Source: Leucoraja ocellata
Taxonomy: Eukaryota
DNA: 64,000 nt
Assembly (NCBI GenBank): GCA_036785375.1
Contig: JAWMAR010000077.1
Location: forward strand, 1,550,001 to 1,614,000
Reading direction: 5' to 3'
In this document: in pieces, positions 1-11,065 of the stretch
Layout of the letters: every line of letters begins with the position of its first letter
How positions within the stretch are numbered: the stretch's first letter is position 1
Notes under the pieces: model-generated
What the model was told of the DNA's origin: nothing
Seen by the model: the letters and a program-made list of their open reading frames with translations, nothing else
Databases searched by the model: none
Program-made: the position numbers and the translations under genes

Positions 1-599
1 TGCTGACCGGTCATTTTCATTAGCTCATTGAGAAAAAAAGGATGTAAACAGCAGCACGTGATGCACTGTCATTCCATTTTGAAATTTAAGTTTATTCAGA
101 AGTCTGTTTTACAAACCTCATTGTGGTATGATAGTTGAAATGTTAAAGTTCAATTTAATCTGATTATATAAAAGTTTTAGATTTTTAAAAGATTTGTTAT
201 TGAAAATTTAACATTTTATCTGGTCTTAAAATGTTATTATGCACCATGGTATGTTGTTATCAACATTTGTTTGTTTATTAGACTTTTATATATTTCATTA
301 CCAATAAAGGAAATCCCTGACTTTTTAGCCTCAAATTGATGTATGAATATCATTCTTTTTCATAGTAGTCCCTCATGTCATCACATATCTCATATTTCAT
401 TTCTCATATATTTAGATCATTGAAACACACACAAACGCAAGGAAGGAATGCACTGCATTTAAAGTTTGACTTTTCACATTTATTTTGATGAAGAAAACAG
501 ATACAAGCACGTCAAATGCACTGCATTTAAAAGGATTTTATTTTTATACGTTTCGAACAAGCAATACACTGAATTTAAAAGAACATGTTTGAAAAACTA

Positions 600-870
600 A
601 TGTCATTTTTTTAGGTGATCTTACGACTATAGTCGTACCCCGTCGTAGCTTGTCGTAGCTTGCTTTCTGTGATCGTGGGTGTAGTCGTCTGTAAGTCGAA
701 GTTGGTCGTCTTCAGTCCCCACTATTGGGTCACCAATTGTCATAGCTTGTCCCACATAGACGTAGGATGTCTTCTACATAGTCGTAGGATGCATTTTATT
801 TTGGCGATTCAACAAGACTATGACAGTCGCCTGCACTCGCAAAAGAAGTCGCCTAAGTGGGACAGGTCCT
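600..870. mobile_element. Non-autonomous DNA transposon fragment (PIF/Harbinger-like terminus)
   Basis: Ends in ...GCCTAAGTGGGACAGGTCCT followed by TAA; internal GTCGTAG/CGACTA subterminal repeats; opposite end not identified. Confidence 0.35.
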
Positions 871-874
871 TAAT

Positions 875-1155
875 GGTTCCGTTGCCTGATAACAGCTAGG
901 AAGAAACTGTCCCTGAATCTGGAGATAGTCCTTTTCACACTTCTGTAACCCATACCTGATAGGAGAGCAGAGAAGAGGAAGTGTGGTGAGTCTCGTCCTT
1001 GATTATGCTGGTGGCCCTGCTGAGATAGCGCAAAGTGTAGATGAAGCCAATGGAAGGGAAGTTGTTTATTGCGATGATCTGGGTTGCATCCACAATTCTC
1101 TGCAATTTCATGTGGACTTGGATAGAGCTCTTCCTAAACCATGCCGCAATGCATT
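875..1155 (-). mobile_element. Decayed Rex1/Babar LINE 3' fragment
   Basis: Reverse complement resembles the 3' end of the Rex1 ORFs at 26600-26830 and 50460-50670. Confidence 0.45.
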
Positions 1156-1159
1156 CCGA

Positions 1160-1550
1160 GGTTGAGCAGGGTAGGACTTTATTACTTGTAGTGCAGGAGG
1201 ATGAGGGGTCATCTTTTAGAGGTGTATAAAATCATGAGATTGGCTAAATGCACAGTCTTTTACCCAGAGTAGGGGAATCAAGAACCTGAGGACATAGGTT
1301 TGGGGTGAAGGGAGAAAGATTTAATAGCAACCCGAGGGGCAACTTTGCTACTCAAAGGGCATTAGTTAATTGGAACGAACGGAGGTGGTTGAGGCAGGTA
1401 CTATCACAATGTTTAAAATGCTCTTGGACAGGTACATGAACAGGATAGGTTTAGAAGGATATGTGCCAAACGTAGGCAGATGTGACTAGTTAAATGGTGC
1501 ATGTTGGTTGGTGTGGGCAAGTTGGGCTGAAGGGCCTGATTCCAGGATGT
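1160..1550 (+). mobile_element. Old CR1 LINE 3' fragment
   Basis: AGGATGAGGGG...TATAAAATCATGAG...GGGCTGAAGGGCCTG, typical CR1 ORF2 end and 3' UTR. Confidence 0.65.
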
Positions 1551-2765
1551 AACTAGTAGAATGAATAAGGGAGAGCCAGTGGATGTGGTGTATCTGGACT
1601 TTCAAAAAGTCTTTGACAGGATCCCAAACAAAAGATTAGTGTGCAAAACTAGAGCACATGATATTGGGGTAGGGTATTAACATGGATAGAGAACTGGTTG
1701 ACAGACAAGAAGCAAAGAGTAGAAATTAACAGGTCCTTTTCAGAATGGCAAGCAGTGACTAGTGGGGTGCCGCAAGGCTCTGTGCTGGGACCCCAGTTAA
1801 TTATAATATATATTAACGATTTAGATGAGGAAATTATATGTGACATCTCCAAGTTTGCGGATGACACAAAGCTGGGTGGCAGTGTGAGCTGCGATGAGGA
1901 TGTTATGAGACTGCAGGGCGACTTGGATAGGTTGGGTGAGTGGGCAGATGCATGGCAGATGCAGTATAATGTGGACAAATGTGAGGTTATGCACGTTGGT
2001 GGCAAGAACAGGAAAGCAGATTATCTGAATGGTGTCATATTAGGAAAAGGAGAGGTGCAACGAGATCTGGGTGTGCTTGTACATCAGTCACTGAAAGTTA
2101 GCATGCAGGTACAGCAGGCAGTGAAGAAAGCTAATGGCATGTTGGCCTTCATTGCCAGAGGATTTGTTTAGGAGCAAGGAGGTACTACTACAGTTGTACA
2201 GGGCCCTGGTGAGGCCACACTTGGAGTATTGTGTGCAATTTTAATCTCCTAATTTGAGGAAGGACATTATTGCTATTGAGGAAGTGTAGCGTAGGTTCAC
2301 CAGGGATGGGGGACTGGCATATGATGAAAGAATGGGTCAACTGGGTTTGTAATCACTGGAATTTAGAAGGATGAGAGGATATCTTCAAGAAACATATAAA
2401 ATTCTTAAAGGAGTGGACAGGCTAGATGCAGGGAAAATGTTCTCGATGTTGGGTGAATCCAGAACCAGGGATCATGGCCATTTAGGACTGAGATGAGGAA
2501 AAACTTCTTGGCCCAGTGAGTTGTCAATCTGTGGAATTCTCTGCAACAGAAGGCAGTGGCGGTAATGCACTGGATGTTTTCAAGCGAGAGTTGGATTTAG
2601 CTCTTAGGGCTAAAGAGATCAAGGGATATGGGGAAAAATCAGGAACGGGGTACTGATTTTAGATGATTAGCCATGGTCATATTAAACTCTGCCGTCGTCC
2701 CTGCTGGCTCGAAGGGACGAATGGTTATGGCCTCCTTCTGCGCCTATTTTTATGTTTCTATGACT
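1551..2765 (+). mobile_element. 5'-truncated, decayed CR1 LINE (RT 3' half)
   Basis: ORF 1698-2171 has GVPQGSVLGP and KFADDTK RT motifs; stops/frameshifts afterwards; TTTCTATG tail at about 2755. Confidence 0.9.
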
Positions 2766-3270
2766 CAATGACTATAATAGATGCGTATGAATGTACGTGG
2801 ACTGCAACATTAGACATGGTTGCGCTACATTTAATTGTCCCGCACTGCAAAATTGACATCTGTAATGTACGACAGCATTGCTTTTAGGACATTTACAGCA
2901 GGTAGAACATGTCTCCCTATAAGCAGAAAAGCGTCAATTGTGAGAATATGATGCCTCTGCATGAACGAGAGCACATTGTTCTGCAACTGCTGTAGATTTG
3001 GGAGGAACAACAGCAACAACAGATTAGCAAGAGATACGACTGATTGGCTCTAGCCCAAGTGGGAGGAGAGGGGTGGAAACAGTTGAAAACTGAGGAATTT
3101 GCTCTGTAAATTGGTAAATCAGGCAATTTATCAGTCAATTTAAGCAGGACAGCTCTTTGCGAGCGGCAGTGAGTGAGCGGCCTTGTGAGGGAAGTGCCCT
3201 GTGAGTAAAGTGTGAGTCTTTGGCGAGGAGACCACGCAATAAGCTTGAGAGGTAGAGACCAAAGAAGGAG

Positions 3271-4188
3271 ATGTCAGGCAAGCTGATTCAGTGCGATGCT
3301 TGTAGTATGTGGGAGGTCAAGGACACCGCTGGTGCCTCTGGCTGCTACAAATGCGAAAAATGCATCCAGGTAGAGCTCCTGAAGGGCCGTGTTGGGGAAC
3401 TGGAGAAGCAAGTGGATGACCTCCGGTTCGTACGAGAAACGGAGTCGTTCCTCGACAAGTCCTACAGTACGATTGTTACACCTAAGGTACTGGAAGGGAG
3501 AAGGTGGGAGACAGTGAGAAAGGGAGGGAAGCATGGAATGCCAACGTCCCCGGGTGATGTACCTCTTGTAAACAGGTTCATCCGCTTAGAAGCTGTTGGG
3601 ACAGAAGACGTGAGCGGCGGACTGGCCTGTGATGCGAATAGGGCTGTTGAGCCAAAACCAAAAAGGCCTAAGGCAGGCAAGGCCATAGTAGTGGGAGACT
3701 CCATCGTGAGAGGTACGGACAGGGGTTTCTGCGGCAACAGACGGGATGCGAGGATGGTGTGCTGCCTTCCCGGTGCCAGGATCCAGGATGTCACGGACAG
3801 AGTGCAGAAAATCCTCAAGGGCGAAGGTGAACATCCGGAAGTGGTAGTGCATGTCGGCACAAACGATGTCGGAAAGAAGGGGATGAATATTCTGCAGCGT
3901 GACTTTAGAGAGCTCGGAAAAATGTTGAAAAGCAGGACCTCCAGGGTTGTTATCTCCGGTTTGCTTCCAGTTCCCCGTGCTGGCGAGAGCAGGAACAGGG
4001 AGATACGGGACCTGAACGTGTGGCTGAGGAACTGGTGCACGGGGCATGGATTTAGATTCTTAGATCACTGGGATCTGTTTTGGGGTAAGGGGGAACTGTA
4101 CAAAAGGGACGGATTGCATCTTAACAGGTGTGGGACCAGCATTCTGGCAGGCAGGTTTGCCACTGCTACACGGGTGGCTTTAAACTGA
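3271..4188 (+). CDS. CR1 ORF1p: zinc finger, coiled coil and SGNH esterase
   Basis: CDAC...CEKC zinc finger, LLKGRVGELEKQVDDL heptads, SGNH blocks VGDS, HVGTND, DGLH; 305 aa. Confidence 0.92.
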   Translation: MSGKLIQCDACSMWEVKDTAGASGCYKCEKCIQVELLKGRVGELEKQVDDLRFVRETESFLDKSYSTIVTPKVLEGRRWETVRKGGKHGMPTSPGDVPLVNRFIRLEAVGTEDVSGGLACDANRAVEPKPKRPKAGKAIVVGDSIVRGTDRGFCGNRRDARMVCCLPGARIQDVTDRVQKILKGEGEHPEVVVHVGTNDVGKKGMNILQRDFRELGKMLKSRTSRVVISGLLPVPRAGESRNREIRDLNVWLRNWCTGHGFRFLDHWDLFWGKGELYKRDGLHLNRCGTSILAGRFATATRVALN

Positions 4189-7100
4189 ATAAGGGGGGTG
4201 AGGTGTTGAATGGGACAGTGGAGGATGGAGTTAAAGGGAAAGGGTTTCTTAAATGTGTGAGCGTAGAGACCGAAGGGTGTAAAATGAGGGTAGAAGAAAT
4301 AGGTAGCAAGGTGAAAAGTAAAAGTGGCAGGCAGACAAAACCAGGGCAAAAATCAAAAAGGGCCACTTTTCAACATAATTGTATAAGGGGTAAGAGTGTT
4401 GTAAAAACAAGCCTGAAGGCTTTGTGTCTCAATGCAAGGAGCATTCGTAATAAGGTGGATGAGTTGAATGTGCAGATAGCTATTAATGACTATGATATAG
4501 TTGGGATCACGGAGACATGGCTCCAGGGTGACCAAGGCTGGGAGCTGAACATCCAGGGATATTCAATATTCAGGAGGGATAGACAGAAAGGAAAAGGAGG
4601 TGGGGTAGCGTTACTGATTAGAGAGGGGATTAATGCAATGGAAAGGAAGGACATTAGTTTGGAGGATGTGGAATCGGTATGGGTAGAGCTGCGAAACACT
4701 AAGGGGCAGAAAACGCTGGTGGGTGTTGTGTACAGGCCACCTAACAGTAGTAGTAAAGTTGGAGATGGTATCAAACAGGAAATTAGAAATGCGTGCGACA
4801 AAGGCAAAACGGTTATAATGGGTGACTTCAATCTACATATAGATTGGGTGAATCAAATTGGCAGGGGTGCTGAGGAAGAGGATTTCTTGGAATGTATGCG
4901 GGATAGTTATCTAAATCAACATGTAGAGGAACCAACGAGAGAGCAGGCTATTTTAGACTGGGTATTGAGTAATGAGGAAGGGTTAGTTAGCAATCTTGTT
5001 GTACGTGCCCCCTTGGGCAAGAGTGACCATAATATGGTTGAGTTCTTCATTAGGATGGAGAGTGACATTGTTAATTCAGAAACAATGGTTCTGAACTTAA
5101 AGAAAGGTAACTTTGAGGGTATGAGACGTGAATTGGCCAAGATTGACTGGCAATTAATTCTAAAAGGGTTGACGGTGGATATGCAATGGAAGACATTTAA
5201 AGACTGCATGGATGAACTACAAAAATTGTTCATCCCAGTTTGGCAAAAGAATAAATCAGGGAAGGTAGTACATCCATGGATAACAAGGGAAATCAGGGAT
5301 AGTATCAAAGCGAAGGATGATGCGTACAAATTAGCCAGAAAAAGCAGCATACCGGAGGACTGGGAGAAATTCAAAGACCAGCAGAGGAGGACAAAGGGCT
5401 TAATTAGGAAAGGGAAAATAGATTATGAAAGAAAACTGGCAGGGAACATAAAAACTGACTGCAAAAGTTTTTATAGATATGTGAAAAGAAAGAGATTAGT
5501 TAAAACAAATGTAGGTCCCTTGCAGTCAGAAACAGGTGAGTTGATCATGGGGAACAAGGATATGGCGGACCAATTGAATAACTACTTTGGTTCCGTCTTC
5601 ACTAAGGAAGACATAAATAATTTTCCGGAAATAGCAGGGGACCGCGGGTCAAAGGAGTTGGAGGAATTGAGTGAAATCCAGGTTAGCCGGGAAGTGGTGT
5701 TGGGTAAATTGAATGGATTAAAGGCCGATAAATCCCCAGGGCCAGATAGGCTGCATCCCAGAGTACTTAAGGAAGTAGCTCCAGAAATAGTGGATGCATT
5801 AGTAATAATCTTTCAAAACTCTTTAGATTCTGGAGTAGTTCCTGAAGATTGGCGGGTAGCAAACGTAACCCCACTTTTTAAGAAGGGAGGGAGAGATAAA
5901 ATGGGGAATTACAGACCAGTTAGTCTAACATCGGTAGTGGGGAAACTGCTAGAGTCAGTTATTAAAGATGGGATAGCAGCACATTTGGAAAGTGGTGAAA
6001 TCATTGGACAAAGTCAGCATGGATTTACGAAAGGTAAATCATGTCTGACGAATCTTATAGAATTTTTCGAGGATGTAACTAGTAGCGTGGATAGGGGAGA
6101 ACCAGTGGATGTGGTGTATCTGGACTTCCAGAAGGCTTTCGACAAGGTCCCACATAAGAGATTAGTATACAAACTTAAAGCACAAGGCATTGGGGGTTCA
6201 GTATTGATGTGGATAGAGAACTGGCTGGCAAACAGGAAGCAAAGAGTAGGAGTAAACGGGTCCTTTTCACAATGGCAGGCAGTGACTAGTGGGGTACCCC
6301 AAGGCTCAGTACTGGGACCCCAGCTATTTACAATATATATTAATGATCTGGATGAGGGAATTGAAGGCAATATCTCCATGTTTGCGGATGACACTAAGCT
6401 GGGGGGCAGTGTTAGCTGTGAGGAGGATGCTAGGAGACTGCAGGGTGACTTGGATAGGCTGGGTGAGTGGGCAAATGTTTGGCAGATGCAGTATAATGTG
6501 GATAAATGTGAGGTTATCCATTTTGGTGGCAAAAACAGGACAGCAGACTATTATCTAAATGGTGGCCGATTGGGAAAGGGGGAGATGCAGCGAGACCTGG
6601 GTGTCATGGTACACCAGTCATTGAAGGTAGGCATGCAGGTGCAGCAGGCAGTAAAGAAAGCGAATGGTATGTTAGCTTTCATTGCAAAAGGATTTGAGTA
6701 TAGGAGCAGAGAGGTTCTACTGCAGTTGTACAGAGTCTTGGTGAGACCACACCTGGAGTATTGCGTACAGTTTTGGTCTCCAAATCTGAGGAAGGACATT
6801 ATTGCCATAGAGGGAGTGCAGAGACGGTTCACCAGACTGATTCCTGGGATGTCAGGACTGTCTTATGAAGAAAGACTGGATAGGCTTGGTTTATACTCTC
6901 TAGAATTTAGAAGATTGAGAGGGGATCTTATAGAAACTTACAAAATTCTTAAGGGGTTGGACAGGCTAGATGCAGGAAGATTGTTCCCGATGTTAGGGAA
7001 GTCCAGGACAAGGGGTCACAGCTTAAGGATAAAGGGGAAATCCTTTAAAACCGAGATGAGAAGAACTTTTTTCACGCAGAGAGTGGTGAATCTCTGGAAC

Positions 7101-7220
7101 TCTCTGCCACAGAGGGTAGTTGAGGCCAGTTCATTGGCTATATTTAAGAGGGAGTTAGATGTGGCCCTTGTGGCTAAGGGGATCAGGGGGTATGGAGAGA
7201 AGGCAGGTACGGGATACTGA
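4179..7220 (+). CDS. CR1 ORF2p: APE endonuclease and reverse transcriptase (frame open from 4128; first in-frame ATG 4284; possibly entered by -1 frameshift at 4179-4185)
   Basis: APE motifs LNARS, ITETW, GDFN, LDWVL, SDHN; RT motifs YRPVSL, LDFQKAFD, GVPQGSVLGP, FADD; no internal stops. Confidence 0.95.
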   Translation, partial: FKLNKGGEVLNGTVEDGVKGKGFLKCVSVETEGCKMRVEEIGSKVKSKSGRQTKPGQKSKRATFQHNCIRGKSVVKTSLKALCLNARSIRNKVDELNVQIAINDYDIVGITETWLQGDQGWELNIQGYSIFRRDRQKGKGGGVALLIREGINAMERKDISLEDVESVWVELRNTKGQKTLVGVVYRPPNSSSKVGDGIKQEIRNACDKGKTVIMGDFNLHIDWVNQIGRGAEEEDFLECMRDSYLNQHVEEPTREQAILDWVLSNEEGLVSNLVVRAPLGKSDHNMVEFFIRMESDIVNSETMVLNLKKGNFEGMRRELAKIDWQLILKGLTVDMQWKTFKDCMDELQKLFIPVWQKNKSGKVVHPWITREIRDSIKAKDDAYKLARKSSIPEDWEKFKDQQRRTKGLIRKGKIDYERKLAGNIKTDCKSFYRYVKRKRLVKTNVGPLQSETGELIMGNKDMADQLNNYFGSVFTKEDINNFPEIAGDRGSKELEELSEIQVSREVVLGKLNGLKADKSPGPDRLHPRVLKEVAPEIVDALVIIFQNSLDSGVVPEDWRVANVTPLFKKGGRDKMGNYRPVSLTSVVGKLLESVIKDGIAAHLESGEIIGQSQHGFTKGKSCLTNLIEFFEDVTSSVDRGEPVDVVYLDFQKAFDKVPHKRLVYKLKAQGIGGSVLMWIENWLANRKQRVGVNGSFSQWQAVTSGVPQGSVLGPQLFTIYINDLDEGIEGNISMFADDTKLGGSVSCEEDARRLQGDLDRLGEWANVWQMQYNVDKCEVIHFGGKNRTADYYLNGGRLGKGEMQRDLGVMVHQSLKVGMQVQQAVKKANGMLAFIAKGFEYRSREVLLQLYRVLVRPHLEYCVQFWSPNLRKDIIAIEGVQRRFTRLIPGMSGLSYEERLDRLGLYSLEFRRLRGDLIETYKILKGLDRLDAGRLFPMLGKSRTRGHSLRIKGKSFKTEMRRTFFTQRVVNLWNSLPQRVVEASSLAIFKRELDVALVAKGIRGYGEKAGTGY

Positions 7221-7317
7221 GTTGGATGATCAGCCATGATCATATTGAATGGCGGTGCAGGCTCGAAGGGCCGAATGGCCTACTCCTGCACCTAATTTCT
7301 ATGTTTCTATGTTTCTA

Positions 7318-7565
7318 ACTCTCGAATGCCGATCCAAAGGCATAATTTCCAGGAGCATGTTTTTGGATCAATCTGATAGCTCCCGAGTGCCGGGAATTGA
7401 CGGCAGGACCTCCTTTCACTCGTTTTAAATTACACCCTCGCCCTTAATTGGTCGCCCCACTTAAATGCACCACGCCACCCTACCTGAACATATTTTTTTT
7501 TTTAAATTAACGTAAAACTGTATATATATTGTGTCGGAGCCGTCAGTTTGATCGCGCCTTGCAAG
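7318..7565 (+). promoter_or_regulatory. SFRP4 proximal promoter / 5' UTR
   Basis: CpG-rich unique sequence with inverted CCAAT (ATTGG 7447-7451), CGCCC boxes and TATATATA at 7521 upstream of ATG 7566. Confidence 0.5.
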
Positions 7566-8007
7566 ATGTTCCCAATGATTTGTGCGATGTGCTTTTGGCT
7601 TGTTGCGCGCGTCTTCGTACAGGGAGCACTTTGCGAACCGATTAAGATCCCGATGTGCGAGGCGATGCCCTGGAATATCACGAGAATGCCCAACCATCTC
7701 CATCACAACACCCAAGAAAATGCTATTCTGGCTATAGAGCAGTACGTGGAATTAGTGGATACCAGTTGCAGTCCATTGCTGCGCTTCTTTCTCTGTGCAA
7801 TGTACGCGCCCATCTGCACCTTTGAATTTCTTCACGATCCTGTTAAACCATGTAAGTCAGTTTGCCAGAGAGCAAGAGACGGGTGCGAGCCTATTTTGAA
7901 AATATACAATCACAGCTGGCCCGAGATTCTAGCTTGCAATGACTTGCCCGAATACGACCGAGGAGTCTGCATCTCTCCCGAGGCAATTGTCACTGATTTA
8001 GCCGAAG
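7566..8007 (+). CDS. SFRP4: Secreted frizzled-related protein 4, exon 1 (signal peptide and Frizzled CRD)
   Basis: [11 protein letters not shown]...[27 protein letters not shown]...[33 protein letters not shown]...[10 protein letters not shown]; 10-Cys CRD; donor G|GTGAG at 8007/8008, phase 1. Confidence 0.95.
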
Positions 8008-8313
8008 GTGAGATATAAAATGTTTCCTCATTTTTATTGACGAGCCTTGTGAATATTTGGAGACGCCCAACAGTCCATCAACAAACGCATTAAAATGTGG
8101 ATGACTTCCCTTTTAAAAAGTGTGGATTTTATTTCAAATCACTTCGTTGTAATTTGTCATTTCCATCAGGAAAAAGGATGTGATCATCTATTAATTCGTT
8201 GATGAAAATGTCACTGGTGTTGCAAGAGTATACCACACCTTGCTATTCAGTTATTTATGCATAAGCCAATGTGTAGAATAAACTCAACCTTATGCTTTTG
8301 CTCCAACTTCCAG

Positions 8314-8385
8314 ATTCAAAGTGGATAGAATTCACCGGAGATGCGCTTGTCGCGAAGGCTTCTGCCTGTAAGACCTGGAATTCAA
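8314..8385 (+). CDS. SFRP4: SFRP4 exon 2 (linker, 72 nt)
   Basis: ttccag| ... |gtgagt; DSKWIEFTGDALVAKASACKTWNS resembles the DVKWID...CK linker of mammalian SFRP4; phase 1-1. Confidence 0.85.
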
Positions 8386-8724
8386 GTGAGTGCTAGGAGC
8401 TCGGTTTTTAAAGTACTGTATATATCTGGCCCGTCGGCATTAACTAACAGTGGAGGTTTGTCGACTGTGGATACCGCTTCTTGTAGTCTTTATTATAGAG
8501 AACATTTTGTTTATTTTAAAGCGACGGCATTTCACCTGTTATGTCCCCTGGGGAAATTACCCGCAAACTATATGGCAATTATAGCAAATTGGATTACTGC
8601 TCGATAAGGGATATTCCATTTTTGTTATCACAAAAAAGAGAAAAATACTACGATTTATTACAGAATCGAGTTGTACCAACTATGAATGGAATACACGCGA
8701 GCAAACTTCAACGGCACTTACTGG

Positions 8725-11065
8725 CTACCTGAAATGAGAGAAATCAATATTCATACCATTGGGCTGTAAGCTGCCCAAGCGAAATATGAGATGCTGTTCC
8801 TCCAATTCGCTTTTAGCCCCACTCTGACAGTGGAGGAGACCTAGGACAGAAAAGTCTGTGTAGGAATGGGAAGGAGAATTAAAGCATTTGGCAACTGGGA
8901 GATCAGATAGGTTCAGGTGGGCTGAGTAAAGGTGTTCAGCGAAACGATCGCCCAGTCTACTTTTGGTCAAGAATCCACATCTTGAACAATGGACACAGTA
9001 GATGAGGTTGGAGGAGGTGCAGGTGAACCTCTGCCTAACCTGAAAGGACTGTCAGGGTCCCTGGACAGAGTTGAGGGAGGAGGTATATGGACAGGTGTTG
9101 TAACTTCTGCAGCTGCAGAGGGAGGTACCTGGGGAGGGGTGGGTGCTTTGGGTGGGAAGGGATGAGTTAACCAGGGAGTTGCAGAGTGAACCTTTTTTGC
9201 GGAAGGTGGAAAGTGGTGAAGATGGGAAAATGTGGCTAGTGGTGGGATCCCGTTGGAGGTGGCAGAAATCATGGAAGATTATGTGTTGTATTCGATGGCT
9301 GATGGGATGTAAGGTAAGGGCACTGTCTCTGTTGCGACTAGGGGAAGGGGAGCAAGGGAAGAGCTGCGGGGTACTGAGGAGACACGAGTGAGGGCCTCAT
9401 CTATGATGGGAGAGGGGAACCCCCATTCCCTAAAGAATGAGGACATCTCAGATGTTCTAGTATGGAACACCTCATCTTGGTGCAGCTGCGGCATAGACAG
9501 AGGAATTGGGAGTAGGGGATAGAGTCTTTGCAGGATGCAGGGTGGGAAGAAGTGTAGTCAAGATAGTTGTGGGAGTCAGTGGGTTTGTAATAGTCAGTCA
9601 ATCGTCTATTTCCTGTGATGGAGACTGTGAGATCAAGAAAGGGGAGGGAGGTGTCAGAGATGGTCCAAGTAAATTTGAGTGCGGGATGAAAATTAGTGGT
9701 GAAGTTGATGAAATCCACTTGAGTTCTGCATGGGTGCAGGAGGCATGAGTTCTGCATGGGTGCAGGAGGCATGAGTTCTGCATGGGTGCAGGAGGCATGA
9801 GCAGCATGGGTGCAGGAGGCATGAGCTGCATGGGTGCAGGAGGCATGAGTTCTGCATGGGTGCAGGAGGCATGAGCAGCATGGGTGCAGGAGGCATGAGC
9901 TGCATGGGTGCAGGAGGCATGAGTTCTGCATGGGTGCAGGAGGCATGAGCAGCATGGGTGCAGGAGGCATGAGCTGCATGGGTGCAGGAGGCATGAGTTC
10001 TGCATGGGTGCAGGAGGTAGCACCAATTCAATCATCAATGTAATGGAGATAGAGTTCGGGGATAAAGTTTGGGGATAGGGCCAGTGTACGCCTGGAACAG
10101 GGATTGTTCAACGTACCCTACAAAGAGGCAGGCATAGCTGGGGCCCATGCGGGTGCACATAGCTACGCCTTAGACTCAGAGGAAGTGGGAGGAGTGAAAA
10201 GAGAAGTTGTTAAGGGTGAGGACCAGCTCCGCTAGGCGGAATAGAGTGTTAGTAGTGGGAAATTGGATGGTTCTGCGGTCAAGGAAGAAACGGAGGGCTT
10301 TAAGGCCATCCTGGTGGGGGATGGAGGTGGCGAATGACTGAACGTCCATAGTAAAGATGAGGTAGTGGGGGCTTGAAAAGCAGAAGTCATTCAAGAGACA
10401 AAGTGCAAGTGAGGTATCTTGAGACATAGGGTGGGAGAGATTGGACCGTGGGGATAGGATGGAGTCGAGGTACGTGGAAAGCATTTCCGTGGGACAGGAG
10501 CAGGCAGAAACAATGGGTCTGCCAGGGCACTTGTGTTTATGGATTTTGGAGAGAAGGTAAAACCTGGCTGTGGGGGGCTGGGAAACGATAAGGTTGGAGG
10601 CTGTGGAAGGCAGACAGCCAGAAGTGATGAAATCAGATATGTTGTGTGAGATTAAGACCTGATGCTCATCTGTGGGATCTTGGTCCAAGGGCAAGGAGGA
10701 GTAGGTGTCTGAGAGTTCACGCCTGGCCTCAGCCCGCTAGAGGTCTGCGCGCCGGACTACCATGGCACCTCCCTTGTCGGCAGGTTTGATTATAATGTCG
10801 GGATGGCTGCAGAGTGAGCAGAGGGCTGTACGTTCAGAGGGGTTGAGGTTAGAGTACGTAAGGGGAGTGGAAAAGTTGAGACGGTTGATGTCACGTTGGC
10901 ATTTAGAAATAAAGAGGTCTAGAGAGAGTAGAAGGCCGTTCTGGGTAGTCCAAGAAGAGGGGGACCGGTGGAGACGGGATCATCACTGGGTGGTGAGGAC
11001 TCCTTCCCATAGAAAAAGGCACGGAGGTGGAGGCGACTCATTGAGGTGGGGGCAGAGGGGAACAT
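8725..11065 (-). mobile_element. Decayed Penelope-like element (RT and GIY-YIG endonuclease) in SFRP4 intron 2
   Basis: FYLLSKIHK...PGRPIVS, TMDVQS, LTLNNFSF, YIDD (about 10031-10042), LPFLDL, YYKPTDSH; GIY-YIG C-terminus RLGDRFAEH...EEQHLIFRLGSLQPNGMNIDFS. Confidence 0.9.
9721..10017. repeat. Minisatellite of 12 units of 24-26 bp with a 74-bp higher-order period
   Basis: A=GAGTTCTGCATGGGTGCAGGAGGCAT, B=GAGCAGCATGG..., C=GAGCTGCATGG...; order A A (A B C)x3 A'. Confidence 0.95.

Larger units (their letters stand above)
3140..7317 (+). mobile_element. Full-length CR1 LINE with intact ORF1 and ORF2 (5' boundary approximate, 3020-3150)
   Basis: Two uninterrupted ORFs, 3' UTR and (TTTCTATG)n tail ending at 7317. 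Confidence 0.95.

Noticed and set aside
3274-7243. Many antisense and alternate-frame ORFs over CR1, Rex1 and Penelope copies
   Set aside because: Shadow ORFs of LINE coding sequence, repeated with each copy
7548-8018. 156-aa ORF as a stand-alone Frizzled CRD gene, or as FRZB
   Set aside because: The track start is TTG; the real ATG is 7566 and the ORF runs into intron 1; downstream exons and motifs fit SFRP4
9721-10017. CRISPR-like repeat array and the Met/Pro-rich ORFs across it
   Set aside because: No unique spacers and no cas genes; eukaryotic context; units derive from Penelope RT, so the ORFs are by-products
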